Source of the DNA: Porphyridium purpureum
Taxonomy: Eukaryota
Length of the DNA stretch: 64,000 nucleotides
Direction of reading: 5' to 3'
NCBI GenBank assembly: GCA_008690995.1
Contig: VRMN01000004.1
Span: 62,001 to 126,000, forward strand
Made by a program: the position numbers and the translations under genes. Below the pieces are notes generated by a model. That model saw only the letters and a list, made by a program, of their open reading frames with translations, had not been told where the DNA came from and made no database searches. Of this stretch, positions 52,814 through 63,168 are shown in pieces; the first letter of the stretch is position 1, and each line of letters starts with the position of its first letter.

Positions 52814-53755
52814 CCTCTGTGGCAATGGAGGGGGGCGTGGTGTGGTTTTGGGGCGGCGGAGTAGCGCAGAAATAGAGGGTCGCTTCATGCGGCGCTAGGT
52901 TCCATGCGGGCCACCGTCCGCCGCGCAAAGATGCCAGACAAGGATGGGACGCTGCGGCGTTTGGATACCGGCCGTGGGTAAAGATTGAGCAAGATCGACG
53001 CGCGTGTTGGTAGTGTACGTGTGCTCGTGGCGCACATACGCGCAGCGAGCGAGCGAGCGGGGATTGTCCTGATGGAGTGGGTGCAGGGCGGATCGGTCCT
53101 TTCAGCTGCGTCGTGGATTCACGGGGTGGGGGTGATGTATCGCGGTAGGGCACTGGTGCTGGGTACAAGAAGCCCGAGTTGTGTCGCGTGTCAAGTGGCT
53201 GCTGCACATCTAGAGTCCGTGCCATATGTATGTAGAACATGCCGCGGGTGACGCGGGTCATCCGGCGTCAGAATCGACGTGCGTTCCGCCACGTCGAGCG
53301 CGCCGGGCGCGCGTCGGCATGACTTATATGGCCCGCCGAGCGCAAATACTTGTCGTCACCAGGACCCACGTACTCCGCTCATGTGGTTCATTCCCTGTGC
53401 GCGCACGTGCTCTCGAGAACAGACCGGCGCGAGCCACGCGTCGCCGTCGAGTGGCCGCCGTCCGGTCATGGTGCGCCGTGAATGAGCCACACGCGGCCTA
53501 AAAGCGCCAGATCGTATTGATTCTTCCACGTTACTAACAAACCGTGCGGATTTACTGGAGACAAGGTACAGTGAGCGGTACGGGTTTCGCCCAGAAAATG
53601 CGGCGCTTGCGAGATCGAAATTGAAGGAGGAAAACGTTGAAAACGTGGGGAACAGGTGGAGGACCTGTGAGAAGAGCGGCGTCGGGTCAGGGAGAGACCA
53701 TGCGGGTTACGCGGTAGAGGAAGGTACACGGGTGCTTGAGTGTGTGGAGCTCGGA

Positions 53756-54409
53756 ATGGAGGTGGGGACTATGGTTTTGGCGGCGCTGGCGCTGCTGGGC
53801 ACGGGACTGGGCGCGTTCCTGGTGGTGGTGCCCATCGACCGGTTGGTCCAGTTGCTCGGGTGTGGCGACGAGGGCAGGAGAAAGCGCGCGCGGAGGCAAA
53901 CGACGCCTTTGGATGTTGGCGTTCGCGCAGGTACAGCAGGTCCGTGGGCCGGAAAGGCCGCGCGCGGGGATGCTGTTGCCGGCGGGGGTCCGACGATGCC
54001 GCTGCAGCGCGCCGCGCCGTATCGCCCGCCGCTTCCGACAAGTTCGCTGCATCGTCGCACACACTCATTGACTGGCTCTGAGCACGCCGGGACGTCGGCC
54101 TCACCAGCGCTGAACAAGAGCCAAGATTTTCCGCCGCGGAGCGCGACGAGCCCGATAAGCAGCGGCTCCAACTCCCCGTTCCGGAAACGCAGCTTGGACG
54201 TGCGCAGGGAGACCAAGATGTTCTCATCGAGCGCGTCGGCGCGCGAGCTCGGTAACTACAGTCGCTGTTCAGGTGACGACGCCTCGCAAGATCCGTGCCG
54301 AGGCATGGCAAAGGTCGCTGAGAAGACCATGGGCGGCTTCGAGTTTTGTGTTCGCTCAGGCAAAACCGTGAGCAGGGCGTTGTCATCGAGCGGTTTGAAC
54401 CCTAGATGA
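53756..54409 (+). CDS. Hypothetical protein with N-terminal membrane anchor
   Basis: MVLAALALLGTGLGAFLVVVP followed by a basic, Ser-rich region. Confidence 0.6.
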   Translation: MEVGTMVLAALALLGTGLGAFLVVVPIDRLVQLLGCGDEGRRKRARRQTTPLDVGVRAGTAGPWAGKAARGDAVAGGGPTMPLQRAAPYRPPLPTSSLHRRTHSLTGSEHAGTSASPALNKSQDFPPRSATSPISSGSNSPFRKRSLDVRRETKMFSSSASARELGNYSRCSGDDASQDPCRGMAKVAEKTMGGFEFCVRSGKTVSRALSSSGLNPR

Positions 54410-54963
54410 AAAGCGCATCGTTGCAAACGACGCCAGAATGAAGAGGTATGTTTGTGTCTCGTTGTCTTTGGCGATGACACACGCCACGAGCTGGACTGAA
54501 TTTTTTTTAATTTTTTCTTCCTCTTCATATTTTTCTAATTTGTTCTCGTGCGCGCGCTCGGCGCTCGTGCAATTGTGGCGTCTCTTTCGCGCAAGGTGAT
54601 GACTCGAATTGTTCTAGAATGACCAGACTGGGCAAAAATATTTGCCCGCGTGGTGTTTCAAACATAGCCGTTTACCTGGCTGATATGCGCAAAGAGACGC
54701 GCTTGCGTCGAGAAGCCCTCGAATGGAGCACGGAGATCGGTATAGATGGGGAGCCATGGATATCTGACCAGCGCACGATCCTTCACGGAAGCAGTTTTGT
54801 TTTGCGAGTCTGAGCAAGTGTCTTACTAACCCGCTTTAACAGCGGTATCACTGAAATGGGATGTACTAAACTGGACTGTTTGTATTTTTACACGCGGAGT
54901 ATCTCCTGTGAATCACGAAGAGATTTTAGGAGGCCTTGCGCGCGCCTCTGTGGAAAGATATGT

Positions 54964-55641
54964 TCACGCGGCTTCCGCGCCGCTTCCGAGCGCGTCGGGT
55001 GTGCTCTCGGCAAAAAATGGTGCATTTCCGTACATCTGGCCCTGGAACTTGACCTGCAGACCGGCGCTCAGCAGCATGAAGGCGCCATTCATAATACTCT
55101 GCAGCGCGATGACCCAAACGAGGCTGAGCAGGCCATGCGAGGCAGCGTTAGAGAAGAGGAACCAGCCAAGAGCCACGAGGCTCGCACCGTTGAGCGCGAG
55201 CGTAAGCCGCAAAGAGCGGTCCGCGGGGCTCAGGCACGCGCTGGCCAGCTGGTTGAAGCCAATGAGCACAGACCACATAATGACGATGTGTAACACAAAA
55301 AGAGCGGTCGCATTTGGCGCGAGCAACGCGAGCAGGCCGGCGCCCATGGCCACGACCGACTCTGCAATGGTGTGCCACCACGCGCGCGAGAACGGGCGCA
55401 GCGCAACGAGGCTACTAAAGCTGAGCGCTCCAAAGAGCAGCGCGAAGGACGCGAAAAGCGACGTGAAGAGCGCGAGCGTGAGCGCCGGGAACACGAGCGC
55501 GACCGCGCCGTACAGCACGAACGACAGGCCCTGCAGTGTGCTGATGCGCGGGTCGCGATCGACCCCGTCCGGCATCACGCTCATACCGCGCCGCGCCAGA
55601 CCCAGCAGGCCCGACAGCTCATTCTGCGGCGGCGCGTCCAT
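54964..55641 (-). CDS. HdeD/DUF308-like multi-pass membrane protein
   Basis: About six hydrophobic helices with the G..ALVFP..T...F...G / WW..... G.LALLAP pattern. Confidence 0.72.
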   Translation of the reverse strand: MDAPPQNELSGLLGLARRGMSVMPDGVDRDPRISTLQGLSFVLYGAVALVFPALTLALFTSLFASFALLFGALSFSSLVALRPFSRAWWHTIAESVVAMGAGLLALLAPNATALFVLHIVIMWSVLIGFNQLASACLSPADRSLRLTLALNGASLVALGWFLFSNAASHGLLSLVWVIALQSIMNGAFMLLSAGLQVKFQGQMYGNAPFFAESTPDALGSGAEAA

Positions 55642-55894
55642 CCTCTCCACATCCGCATCCTCCTCAGCCCTCTCGCATCCGCTCCTCGTGTTTGGTCACA
55701 CACGCCACGCCACCACTCCGCCTTTCCGGCCGAGCCCTGCCGCCTCCCGAAACACTGCTTACAACTGTACACACTATACACTGTACGTCAAACTGTACTT
55801 TTTTCGTTTTTCGCTCGGCAAGCACGCGAGTGCGCGGGTGCGAGAGGGAGAGAGGGAGAGAGACGAAGAAACCGAGAAGGTTTGGCCTGACGCC

Positions 55895-58048
55895 ATGGAT
55901 GATAGTGACATTGACCAAGAGGTGCTGGAGCTCAGCCGCGCGCGAGATAGGCGCGGCGCGGCGGGCAGCGCCTTGTCGGATGAGAGCGTGGACGAAGAGC
56001 TGGACCGCGATTTCGACGCCGCGCTGGACGATGAGTCCGACGTGGAGGTGACCACGCGCGCTGTGCGCGGCAAAGCAGCAGCAAAGGCCGGTGCAAAGGC
56101 GAAAGGGAAGGTGAAGGCAAAGGCAAAGCCCAAGGCGAAAGGCAAAGCCAAGAGAGCCAGGATGGACTTTTCAGACTCAGACGACGACGAAGAGGAAGAA
56201 GACGAGGAGAACGATGATGATGACCAACCCGGTAATCGTGCAAGCGACTCAATGGACGATGACGATGACGAAATGGATCTTGAGGATGGTGAGGACGACG
56301 ACTTTAATCTTTGCATTGACCCAAACGACGCGCCAGCTGCCAAGTCAAAGAAGCGCGCGCGTGCCGCGGCTGCTTCCTCGCGCGGTAAGGGTAAAGCCAA
56401 GGACGCAAAAGGTACGGCGTTGGCAAGCGATGAGGAGCCTGAGCTTGAGCGCGAGATGTCGCCGTTCCGTTTTGAGTATGATGAGGAAGGATACGGAGAT
56501 GAGCAGGACCGAGCGCAGCTGGCTGCGAAGAATATGCTTGAACGAGAGTCCATTCTTGCTGAGCGCCTGACGAAGCGCAATGAGGCGCTCGATGAGTACA
56601 ATATGATGAAGGAGCAGCACCAGCGACGCGTAAACGCTGCTTTGAAGGGCAAAGGCAAGGGTGCCGCTGCACACAGCAATGCGGAAGCCGCGGCGCGCAA
56701 GCACAAGAAGGCCGCACTGGACGCAATGGCTGCGTCGAAGGGCGGTGGTGCGAAGCGAGGGGGCGTGGAGGAGCTGGACGAGGACGAGTTTGACGAGGAG
56801 GAAGACTTTGCAGATCCAAAGCAGCAGCGACGAGGGCAGCAGCAGCTGCAGCAGCAGCAGCGCCGCGCCTCCACTGGAGGGTCAAACCGCGATGCGCGCA
56901 ATACCGCTGTGTCCCTTGGCCCACCGCTCACGTACCTTGACCTCGTGAGCGTTGGTGGTTCTAAAATGGAGATCAAGTCACACATTCTACTGACGCGCTC
57001 AAAGCTTGAAAAGTTGGTGCAAATCCCTGGCTTTGACCGTGTAGCCACGGGTGGCCTGGTTCGCATTTTGGCACATGCCGACGTCGCGGGAAAAAAATAC
57101 TACCGGCTTTTCCGCATCAAAGAGGTCAAGCATCGAGGGTACTCTCGCAGGTATAAGTTTGGTGAAGGCAACGCATACGCGGACGTTCGCATCTTTGTCG
57201 AGCCCGAGCGCGGCGCCTCAAAGTCTGGCTACGAGCTCACGTATGTGAGCGGTGCACCCCCGCTTGAGTCGGAATGGGAGGAGTTTGTGCGCCAGCTGGA
57301 CGAGGCCAAAGCAATGCTTCCGACCAAGAATGACGAGGAAGAGGTCGGACAGCGCGTGACGCGTGCCTTGGGTGGCTCGTTCAAGACAACCGAGCAGGAG
57401 CAGGCTGAGCACCGAGACCGCTTTGAAATGCTCAATCCAGAGCGACTCAACCTCCTGCAGAAGAAGATTGAAATTGAGGAGCGGTTGAAGGCCATCGCTG
57501 GCGTGACGGGGACTGCGCCTGGCGAGGCCCATGAGTACGCGGACGAGATCCACCGCCTGAAGCGCATGCTTGAGATCATTGAAGAGGTCAACAAGAGGAG
57601 AGAGAAGGAGCCCACGGGTACGACCATTCACGGAGGCATGCTGCGCGAGCTTTTTCGCAAGAATCGTCAGGAGAACTTGAGCAAGCAAAGCGCACCGCCA
57701 GGCGCAAGCGGGCAAGGTGTTTTCAACCCCTCGAAGGTGGCAGGCAGCGACGCGCAACGCGGGCGGCTCCCGTTCGTGCCGCTGCCTCCCGGCACATTCC
57801 CCAGCGTCGACGTGCGTCCGCTGAACGCGCGCCGCATCCTGGACGCTGCAGAATCAGGCGAACGCGCAGCAAGCGCGCTTCCAGGCGCATTCTACGGCCT
57901 GGACCTCTCGGCCGTACACGCACTAGGCGCGCCGCGCGTTCGGGCCGCACAGCTGCGCTCGAACCGCGCGTACAACGAGCCAGAGGGTCCGCGCGACCCG
58001 CAGTACATTGCCGACGCGCTGCGCGATGCGCTCAAGTCTGGAAGCTGA
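55895..58048 (+). CDS. RTF1: PAF1 complex subunit RTF1 (Plus3 domain)
   Basis: YGDEQDRAQLAAKNMLERESILAER (histone modification domain) and LTRSKLEKLV..PGFDRVATGGLVRI..YRLFRI (Plus3); start MDDSD at 55895. Confidence 0.88.
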   Translation: MDDSDIDQEVLELSRARDRRGAAGSALSDESVDEELDRDFDAALDDESDVEVTTRAVRGKAAAKAGAKAKGKVKAKAKPKAKGKAKRARMDFSDSDDDEEEEDEENDDDDQPGNRASDSMDDDDDEMDLEDGEDDDFNLCIDPNDAPAAKSKKRARAAAASSRGKGKAKDAKGTALASDEEPELEREMSPFRFEYDEEGYGDEQDRAQLAAKNMLERESILAERLTKRNEALDEYNMMKEQHQRRVNAALKGKGKGAAAHSNAEAAARKHKKAALDAMAASKGGGAKRGGVEELDEDEFDEEEDFADPKQQRRGQQQLQQQQRRASTGGSNRDARNTAVSLGPPLTYLDLVSVGGSKMEIKSHILLTRSKLEKLVQIPGFDRVATGGLVRILAHADVAGKKYYRLFRIKEVKHRGYSRRYKFGEGNAYADVRIFVEPERGASKSGYELTYVSGAPPLESEWEEFVRQLDEAKAMLPTKNDEEEVGQRVTRALGGSFKTTEQEQAEHRDRFEMLNPERLNLLQKKIEIEERLKAIAGVTGTAPGEAHEYADEIHRLKRMLEIIEEVNKRREKEPTGTTIHGGMLRELFRKNRQENLSKQSAPPGASGQGVFNPSKVAGSDAQRGRLPFVPLPPGTFPSVDVRPLNARRILDAAESGERAASALPGAFYGLDLSAVHALGAPRVRAAQLRSNRAYNEPEGPRDPQYIADALRDALKSGS

Positions 58049-58298
58049 GTCGGCAGACCGCGGCACACGGCACGACACCTCGTGCCGTTCTCGTCGACGC
58101 CTGCAGACCACTTATCGCGGAGGTTAAAGTTCGCCGATAACACAAGAGGTACTAGTAAAATGGACCGAGTTTATCATACGCCGCGCTGGTTCGGTTCGGA
58201 CCGGTTAAACCGACTCCGTGAGGCCGCACGTGTACCTGGTGCGCACGTAGGTGGTGACTGGCACACGCGCACGAGCCGGCACTGCGGCGTCGAACACC

Positions 58299-60491
58299 AT
58301 GCGGCACGCGGGAGTCGACGCTCAGTACTTTGGCGGCGGCCGCAGTGCGAGCGTACGCACGCGCCGCAGCACGAGCATGAGCGAGTTTCACAACGAGGAA
58401 GTGAAGATGGGCGTGGGAGGCCCGCAGACAGACTCGTGCACACGCTCTGGCATCCAGACAGGCACGGGAACAGCCGCCGTCCGCTCTCGGCAAAGTGACG
58501 CAGGCGGCCTGCGCACGGCCGTCATGCCGACGTGGCGGTCCACGTCCATGCGCACGCTTGGCGTCAGTACTGACATGCAAGAAAATGTGCATGACTATTC
58601 GTTCCGGTTTTTCTACGGTTTGTTGACTGAGGATGAAGAAATGCGCCGTCAGGCAACCGGCGATATTGTGGACGCGCTCCGCAAGTCGCTGTGCAATCTG
58701 TCGGATGATCATGGGCGGCTATTCCGCAAGCATTGCGCGACGGCTGTGCGGTACGCGCACGAGTCGCCTTTCGCAGATGTGCGCGAGGCTTTTGCCGCGC
58801 TCGTAGCAGACGCGCGTGAGATGGGCTGGGATCTACCGAGAAAGCCACGTGCTTCCGCGTTTGCGCCCGAGGTCTTCACTTCCGCGTTGGCTGAGGATGA
58901 CCCGCTACTGCCCATCTATATCGACACTTTTCTTGCTTCCGGTCGTGTGTCATCTGTCGTGCGCACACTCGCTCTCTTCCCGGCGTTCCTCGAGGCGTAT
59001 ATCCAAACGTATCGGACGCTCATGCGCTCGCCTGGTCCGCTCACGCAGGACTGGCGATTCTATCTCGCACTGATGGCCGCCTCCAGTAAGCATTCTGTGT
59101 ACCTCGTGCACGCGCTGCAGACAGAGTTCCTACTGGCCAAGGGCAACGCGCTGTGGCTCGAGAGTGACGAATCCGTACCACCGAAACTCAAGGCGCTGCG
59201 TGAGGTGAATCAGATCCTTGCCTACCAGCCGTGGAAGCTGACACCAGACATGCTTCATCGAGTCATGCGCCCGCCAAACGATCGCGGGCTCGCCACGCCG
59301 CGCACAAACTCGAGCTACGCGGGCGCCAGCGGTATCTCAAATGCATGGAGTCTGGGCGAGCTTGTGACGGCGTTGCTTGTGCTGACACACTTTCACTCTC
59401 TCGCAGGCTTTGCCAATGGCTGCGGTCTCGAGTCCGACTCAGATATGGGCCTGGGTGGGCTCTCACTGGACAGTCGCCACCATGTGTTCGCCGCCGCGTA
59501 CGAGGACGACTCGGAACAAAACAGCGAAGGTGAGGATGACAATGGTAGCGGTAGCGAAGGCAACAGTGAGTTCTTGCCTCATGCGCCTCCGTGCGAGAAC
59601 GAGAGGCAAGATAGCAGCTGTCTGTCGCGAGCGCGCAACCTTGTTGAAATGATGAGCTTGCTTGACGAGGATCAAGCAGACGCGGGCCTGCGTAGCAGCA
59701 TCGAAAATAGCAATGATGGAGGGTCGTCAGGTCCTTCCCATTTTCCTCCGTCGACTTTGCGTGCGGACATGAGCGAAGTGGTTCCGCGCACACTGGTAAG
59801 CGCGGAAGCAGGGACGAAAATTTCTCCCAGTGTTGTCTCTGCTCGCAGCACATATAGCCCGTCGCCAGCTCTGCGAGCGGTGAGCCTGACCTCCAGCCGT
59901 TCCGAAATGACCCTGCCAAGTAGCAGGCAGCATATACAGCAAGACCTGCAAGAAGATGAAGATCAGCACCCACTCATGAAACTGTGCGAAATGTACTGTG
60001 GTGGTTCGGAGTTTGGCGTGGTGTACGAAGACTTTGACCCTCGCGCGAGCGTCTTCTTTGTGTACCAGAACTTTGATTGGAACGAGGAGTGCTACACGGT
60101 ATTATCCCATTTTAACGAGCCATTGGCAGACGATTTGGATCGAGAATTCGAGACAGTTCACGAGATGACGGACAACCAGCTTGGTGATCTTGAGAATGTC
60201 GATACTACGCTCTTCCGCCAGGCCATCACGTACTATGGCCACCGTCTTCTGGGTGTTGTGCATGACGACTACGACTACCGTCTCGTGAACGTCCTTCTGC
60301 AGCGACCGCTCAAAGCATTTATCAAGAAGGTGGTCTGTGTGCCGAGCACGGTATCAAGATCTGACTTTGACCGCATGGGTCTCACGCTACGCCCAACAGA
60401 GAAGGTGCACATCATCATGCTCGCCATGGAGGCGCGCAAGCAGGCTCAGCTGTTGTACTGTCTGTCTGCCATTTCCAAGCTCATGTCATAA
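58299..60491 (+). CDS. Sestrin (PA26) family protein
   Basis: GPLTQDWRFYLALMAAS, PPKLKALREVNQILAYQPW, WSLGELV..L.HFHSLAGF..GCG, VDTTLFRQAI, DDYDYRLVN.LL, TEKVHI..LAMEARKQAQLLY. Confidence 0.93.
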   Translation: MRHAGVDAQYFGGGRSASVRTRRSTSMSEFHNEEVKMGVGGPQTDSCTRSGIQTGTGTAAVRSRQSDAGGLRTAVMPTWRSTSMRTLGVSTDMQENVHDYSFRFFYGLLTEDEEMRRQATGDIVDALRKSLCNLSDDHGRLFRKHCATAVRYAHESPFADVREAFAALVADAREMGWDLPRKPRASAFAPEVFTSALAEDDPLLPIYIDTFLASGRVSSVVRTLALFPAFLEAYIQTYRTLMRSPGPLTQDWRFYLALMAASSKHSVYLVHALQTEFLLAKGNALWLESDESVPPKLKALREVNQILAYQPWKLTPDMLHRVMRPPNDRGLATPRTNSSYAGASGISNAWSLGELVTALLVLTHFHSLAGFANGCGLESDSDMGLGGLSLDSRHHVFAAAYEDDSEQNSEGEDDNGSGSEGNSEFLPHAPPCENERQDSSCLSRARNLVEMMSLLDEDQADAGLRSSIENSNDGGSSGPSHFPPSTLRADMSEVVPRTLVSAEAGTKISPSVVSARSTYSPSPALRAVSLTSSRSEMTLPSSRQHIQQDLQEDEDQHPLMKLCEMYCGGSEFGVVYEDFDPRASVFFVYQNFDWNEECYTVLSHFNEPLADDLDREFETVHEMTDNQLGDLENVDTTLFRQAITYYGHRLLGVVHDDYDYRLVNVLLQRPLKAFIKKVVCVPSTVSRSDFDRMGLTLRPTEKVHIIMLAMEARKQAQLLYCLSAISKLMS

Positions 60492-60828
60492 GAACCGCGC
60501 GTTTAGGAGCGCTCTGGGCGCTGGCCTGTGTGTGCGTGCGATAGATCCTTTCCCCAAGAGCGGGGTTCAAGGATACTCAGAATTCGGTATCCAGCGCGTT
60601 ACTGAATCAGCTAGGTGTGATTGGTTAAGATACCAAACAATGACTGAGTCGCTCGGTCTCTCTCTCCCTTTTCTCTTCCCACGTTGTCGGTGAGACCAGG
60701 GACATGTCTGAGGGCGAAGGACGTCGAAGTATTGATTGGTGAAGTTCAGCTTGTGTACAGTCTTTTTAATAAGAGCAAACTCGTTCTGATGGCTCATCGA
60801 AATTACTTTGCACCCGACCAAACCACCT

Positions 60829-62580
60829 TCATAGGTGTTTGCTCGTCTCGTCCCCTCTGCCGCGACCCCGATACAGCCCAAGACCCAGAGAGATTGTCTC
60901 TCGCTCGCAAGTGTAGATCCAACCCAGACCCCCTGCCGTGCTGCAGACTCCAAGCAAAAAATGAGCGCACACTGCAGGCGAAAGCAGAAGAGCCACGCCT
61001 GACTTGGCCGTATCGACAGCCGGCAAAAGCCAGCGCCGTGCGCTAAATGTCAACGCGCCACAAAGCGCGAGCCCCGCACCACTGCGAGCACGCGGAAAGA
61101 TCACACCAAGCCAGCCAAGTGGCATGTGGACGAAATGCAGTGCATACCTCGCACAGAACATAATACGGAGCACCATATTGACAGCATTCGACATTATGAG
61201 CCCGGCGGCGCCGACAAGCACATGAGACGACGATACCCATGCTGCTGCAAGGTAGCCCACAGACACCAAGGTCGTGAACGCGGCATAGCTGCGCTGCTGC
61301 TTCTGGGTAGCAGTGGCATTGAGAAGCGCTTCGACGACACCGTTCACAGACATGACCATGACGTATGAAAAATACATGCTCAGGAGCATGGGCGCGCGCG
61401 TGTGCTCTGCCCATGTTGAGCCGTACATGAGATGAACGAATAGAGTCGCAAACGACGGACCTATGCAAGCAACCATGCCCGTCGTCAGCACGACCACTGT
61501 CAGTGCCACGCGCAGGGTCGTCTCGAGCGTGTGGAATGCACTACTATTGTCACGTGTTTTGGAACCCTCGCGGGTCACGCTCTCTCCGGGTGTGGGTTGT
61601 GGGAAGGATGCAAGATCGTTCCCTAATCGCGAGAACACATTAAAACACAGCTCTTCGAGCGGTTCTAGCAGAAACCGCGCAATCAGGGACGCAATATTGC
61701 TGGCGAGCTTGAATGCGCCCTGTTCCTGCTCGGAGCATGTCACGAGCAGCACAAAATTCTCGCCGTCGCCCAGAGCAAATCGCACAAGCGCTTGGTACAA
61801 CTGCTGCACAATTATAACCCCGTCGTCGCGCCCCGATGGCGTTGCGGAAAATGTGCGAAACGGCGAACAAAACACAAAGCGCGGCGCCGTGGCCGCTTGA
61901 GCCTGCTCATGTCGCCACACTGCGAAAAACAGGAATAAAAGAAAAAGTAGGGCGTAGCACAGCAGGCCAAAGGCAGACGCCAAGACCAAGTAGACTTCAG
62001 GTAGGCGATACACGCCCACTACCGTTATGCAGCTCGCTGCGATCAGCGCGGCCGATTTCGACACAGCTTGCGCTGTATACAGTTGATATCTGGCGCACGC
62101 TACCACGCTGGGTTCTGCGACCCCTTCAATGGCCGCGGCCCAGGCCGCCACCATCAGAGCAAGGCTGTGGACATACCTGTCTGGCGCATCCAAGTCGTGA
62201 CTGAGGCCGAACCGCTCAAACAAGCGCCACGCCAGCACCGCGATGAGGCACGAGGCGGCAGCGGCAGTCCAGCTCAACATTGCAGCGTGCGCGTCGCTCC
62301 TTGCGCGCAAAGCGACCTTCCGGAAGCCCTCTCGAGCCGGCAGGAGCGCGAGAGCGACAAGCAGCTGCAGCTTCACCTCGCCAAACGCGAAGCGTGCCGG
62401 CCCGAGCGCGCGCGCGCACACCACCTTGAGCAGAAAGGACAGCACGCGCGCGACAAACTGCAGCAGCACAATCACAGACAATCCGCGCATTGCCGCGCCA
62501 ACAAACGCGACATGCCGGTGCTCGCCTTGCTGAAGCCCAAGCGCGGCATCCTGCCCTTCTCCAGTCTCATCCTGTCCCAT
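60829..62580 (-). CDS. RFT1: Man5GlcNAc2-PP-dolichol translocation protein RFT1
   Basis: REGFRKVALR, QGAFKLASNIASLIARFLLEPLEE, SVNGVVEALLNA, GLIMSNAVNMVLRI; multi-pass membrane protein. Confidence 0.92.
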   Translation of the reverse strand: MGQDETGEGQDAALGLQQGEHRHVAFVGAAMRGLSVIVLLQFVARVLSFLLKVVCARALGPARFAFGEVKLQLLVALALLPAREGFRKVALRARSDAHAAMLSWTAAAASCLIAVLAWRLFERFGLSHDLDAPDRYVHSLALMVAAWAAAIEGVAEPSVVACARYQLYTAQAVSKSAALIAASCITVVGVYRLPEVYLVLASAFGLLCYALLFLLFLFFAVWRHEQAQAATAPRFVFCSPFRTFSATPSGRDDGVIIVQQLYQALVRFALGDGENFVLLVTCSEQEQGAFKLASNIASLIARFLLEPLEELCFNVFSRLGNDLASFPQPTPGESVTREGSKTRDNSSAFHTLETTLRVALTVVVLTTGMVACIGPSFATLFVHLMYGSTWAEHTRAPMLLSMYFSYVMVMSVNGVVEALLNATATQKQQRSYAAFTTLVSVGYLAAAWVSSSHVLVGAAGLIMSNAVNMVLRIMFCARYALHFVHMPLGWLGVIFPRARSGAGLALCGALTFSARRWLLPAVDTAKSGVALLLSPAVCAHFLLGVCSTAGGLGWIYTCERETISLGLGLYRGRGRGDETSKHL

Positions 62581-62678
62581 GCCATCTGCGCGTCCGTGTC
62601 ACCACCACCGCGCCCAACCATCCCTCATCTGCATGTGCCCCTACACAAACCGCTCGCGCCTCTGCGCGCAAAACGCAC

Positions 62679-62745
62679 AAACCCTAAACGATTAGGGTTT
62701 ATTAGGGTTGCTCCAATCTCTAGGGTTTCTGCAATCTCTAGGGTT
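62679..62745. promoter_or_regulatory. Telo-box cluster (AAACCCTAA / TAGGGTT x5)
   Basis: AAACCCTAA 62679, TTAGGGTTT 62692, TTAGGGTT 62702, CAATCTCTAGGGTT at 62714 and 62732. Confidence 0.8.
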
Positions 62746-63168
62746 GCGAGGCACACAGCCGATCGAGCGTCAGCAAAGGTACTGTTGCACTGTACATAGA
62801 ATCTCGCACGGGTTGTGGAGACGGAGGGAAAAGGAAAAGGAAACGGAAACCACGCGTGTAGCGGCTGCCCAGTGCTGCTCGTTGCACGCGAATGCTATCG
62901 TGTTAATAATGTTGTCGTTTTTTTTTCAAAATTTTAAACTACCCGACTTGGTGGCCAGGTCGTGAGTTCGTGAGTGCGCTCGGAGCTTTTGTGCCCTGTG
63001 CGGAGCGAGTGGGAAAGCGCGAAAGTGCGGAGTCTGCGTGACAAGGAAGCCTGTCTGGTTGTCCTTTCCGGCGTTCTTCGTTGGAAAACGGTGTGACAGT
63101 GCGCGCGGATACGGCGCGCACGGCAGCTCCGGAGCGGCTCCGTTTGTCGTTGCTCGTTCGTTGTTTCG

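Noticed and set aside
54771..54790. Short match (GCACGATCCTTCACGG) to the Fanzor relic at ~7663-7679
   Set aside because: No flanking similarity or Fanzor motifs; likely chance.
54908..55894. 329-aa N-terminal extension of the RTF1 ORF
   Set aside because: It is the antisense shadow of the HdeD-like gene plus promoter DNA; RTF1 plausibly starts at ATG 55895.
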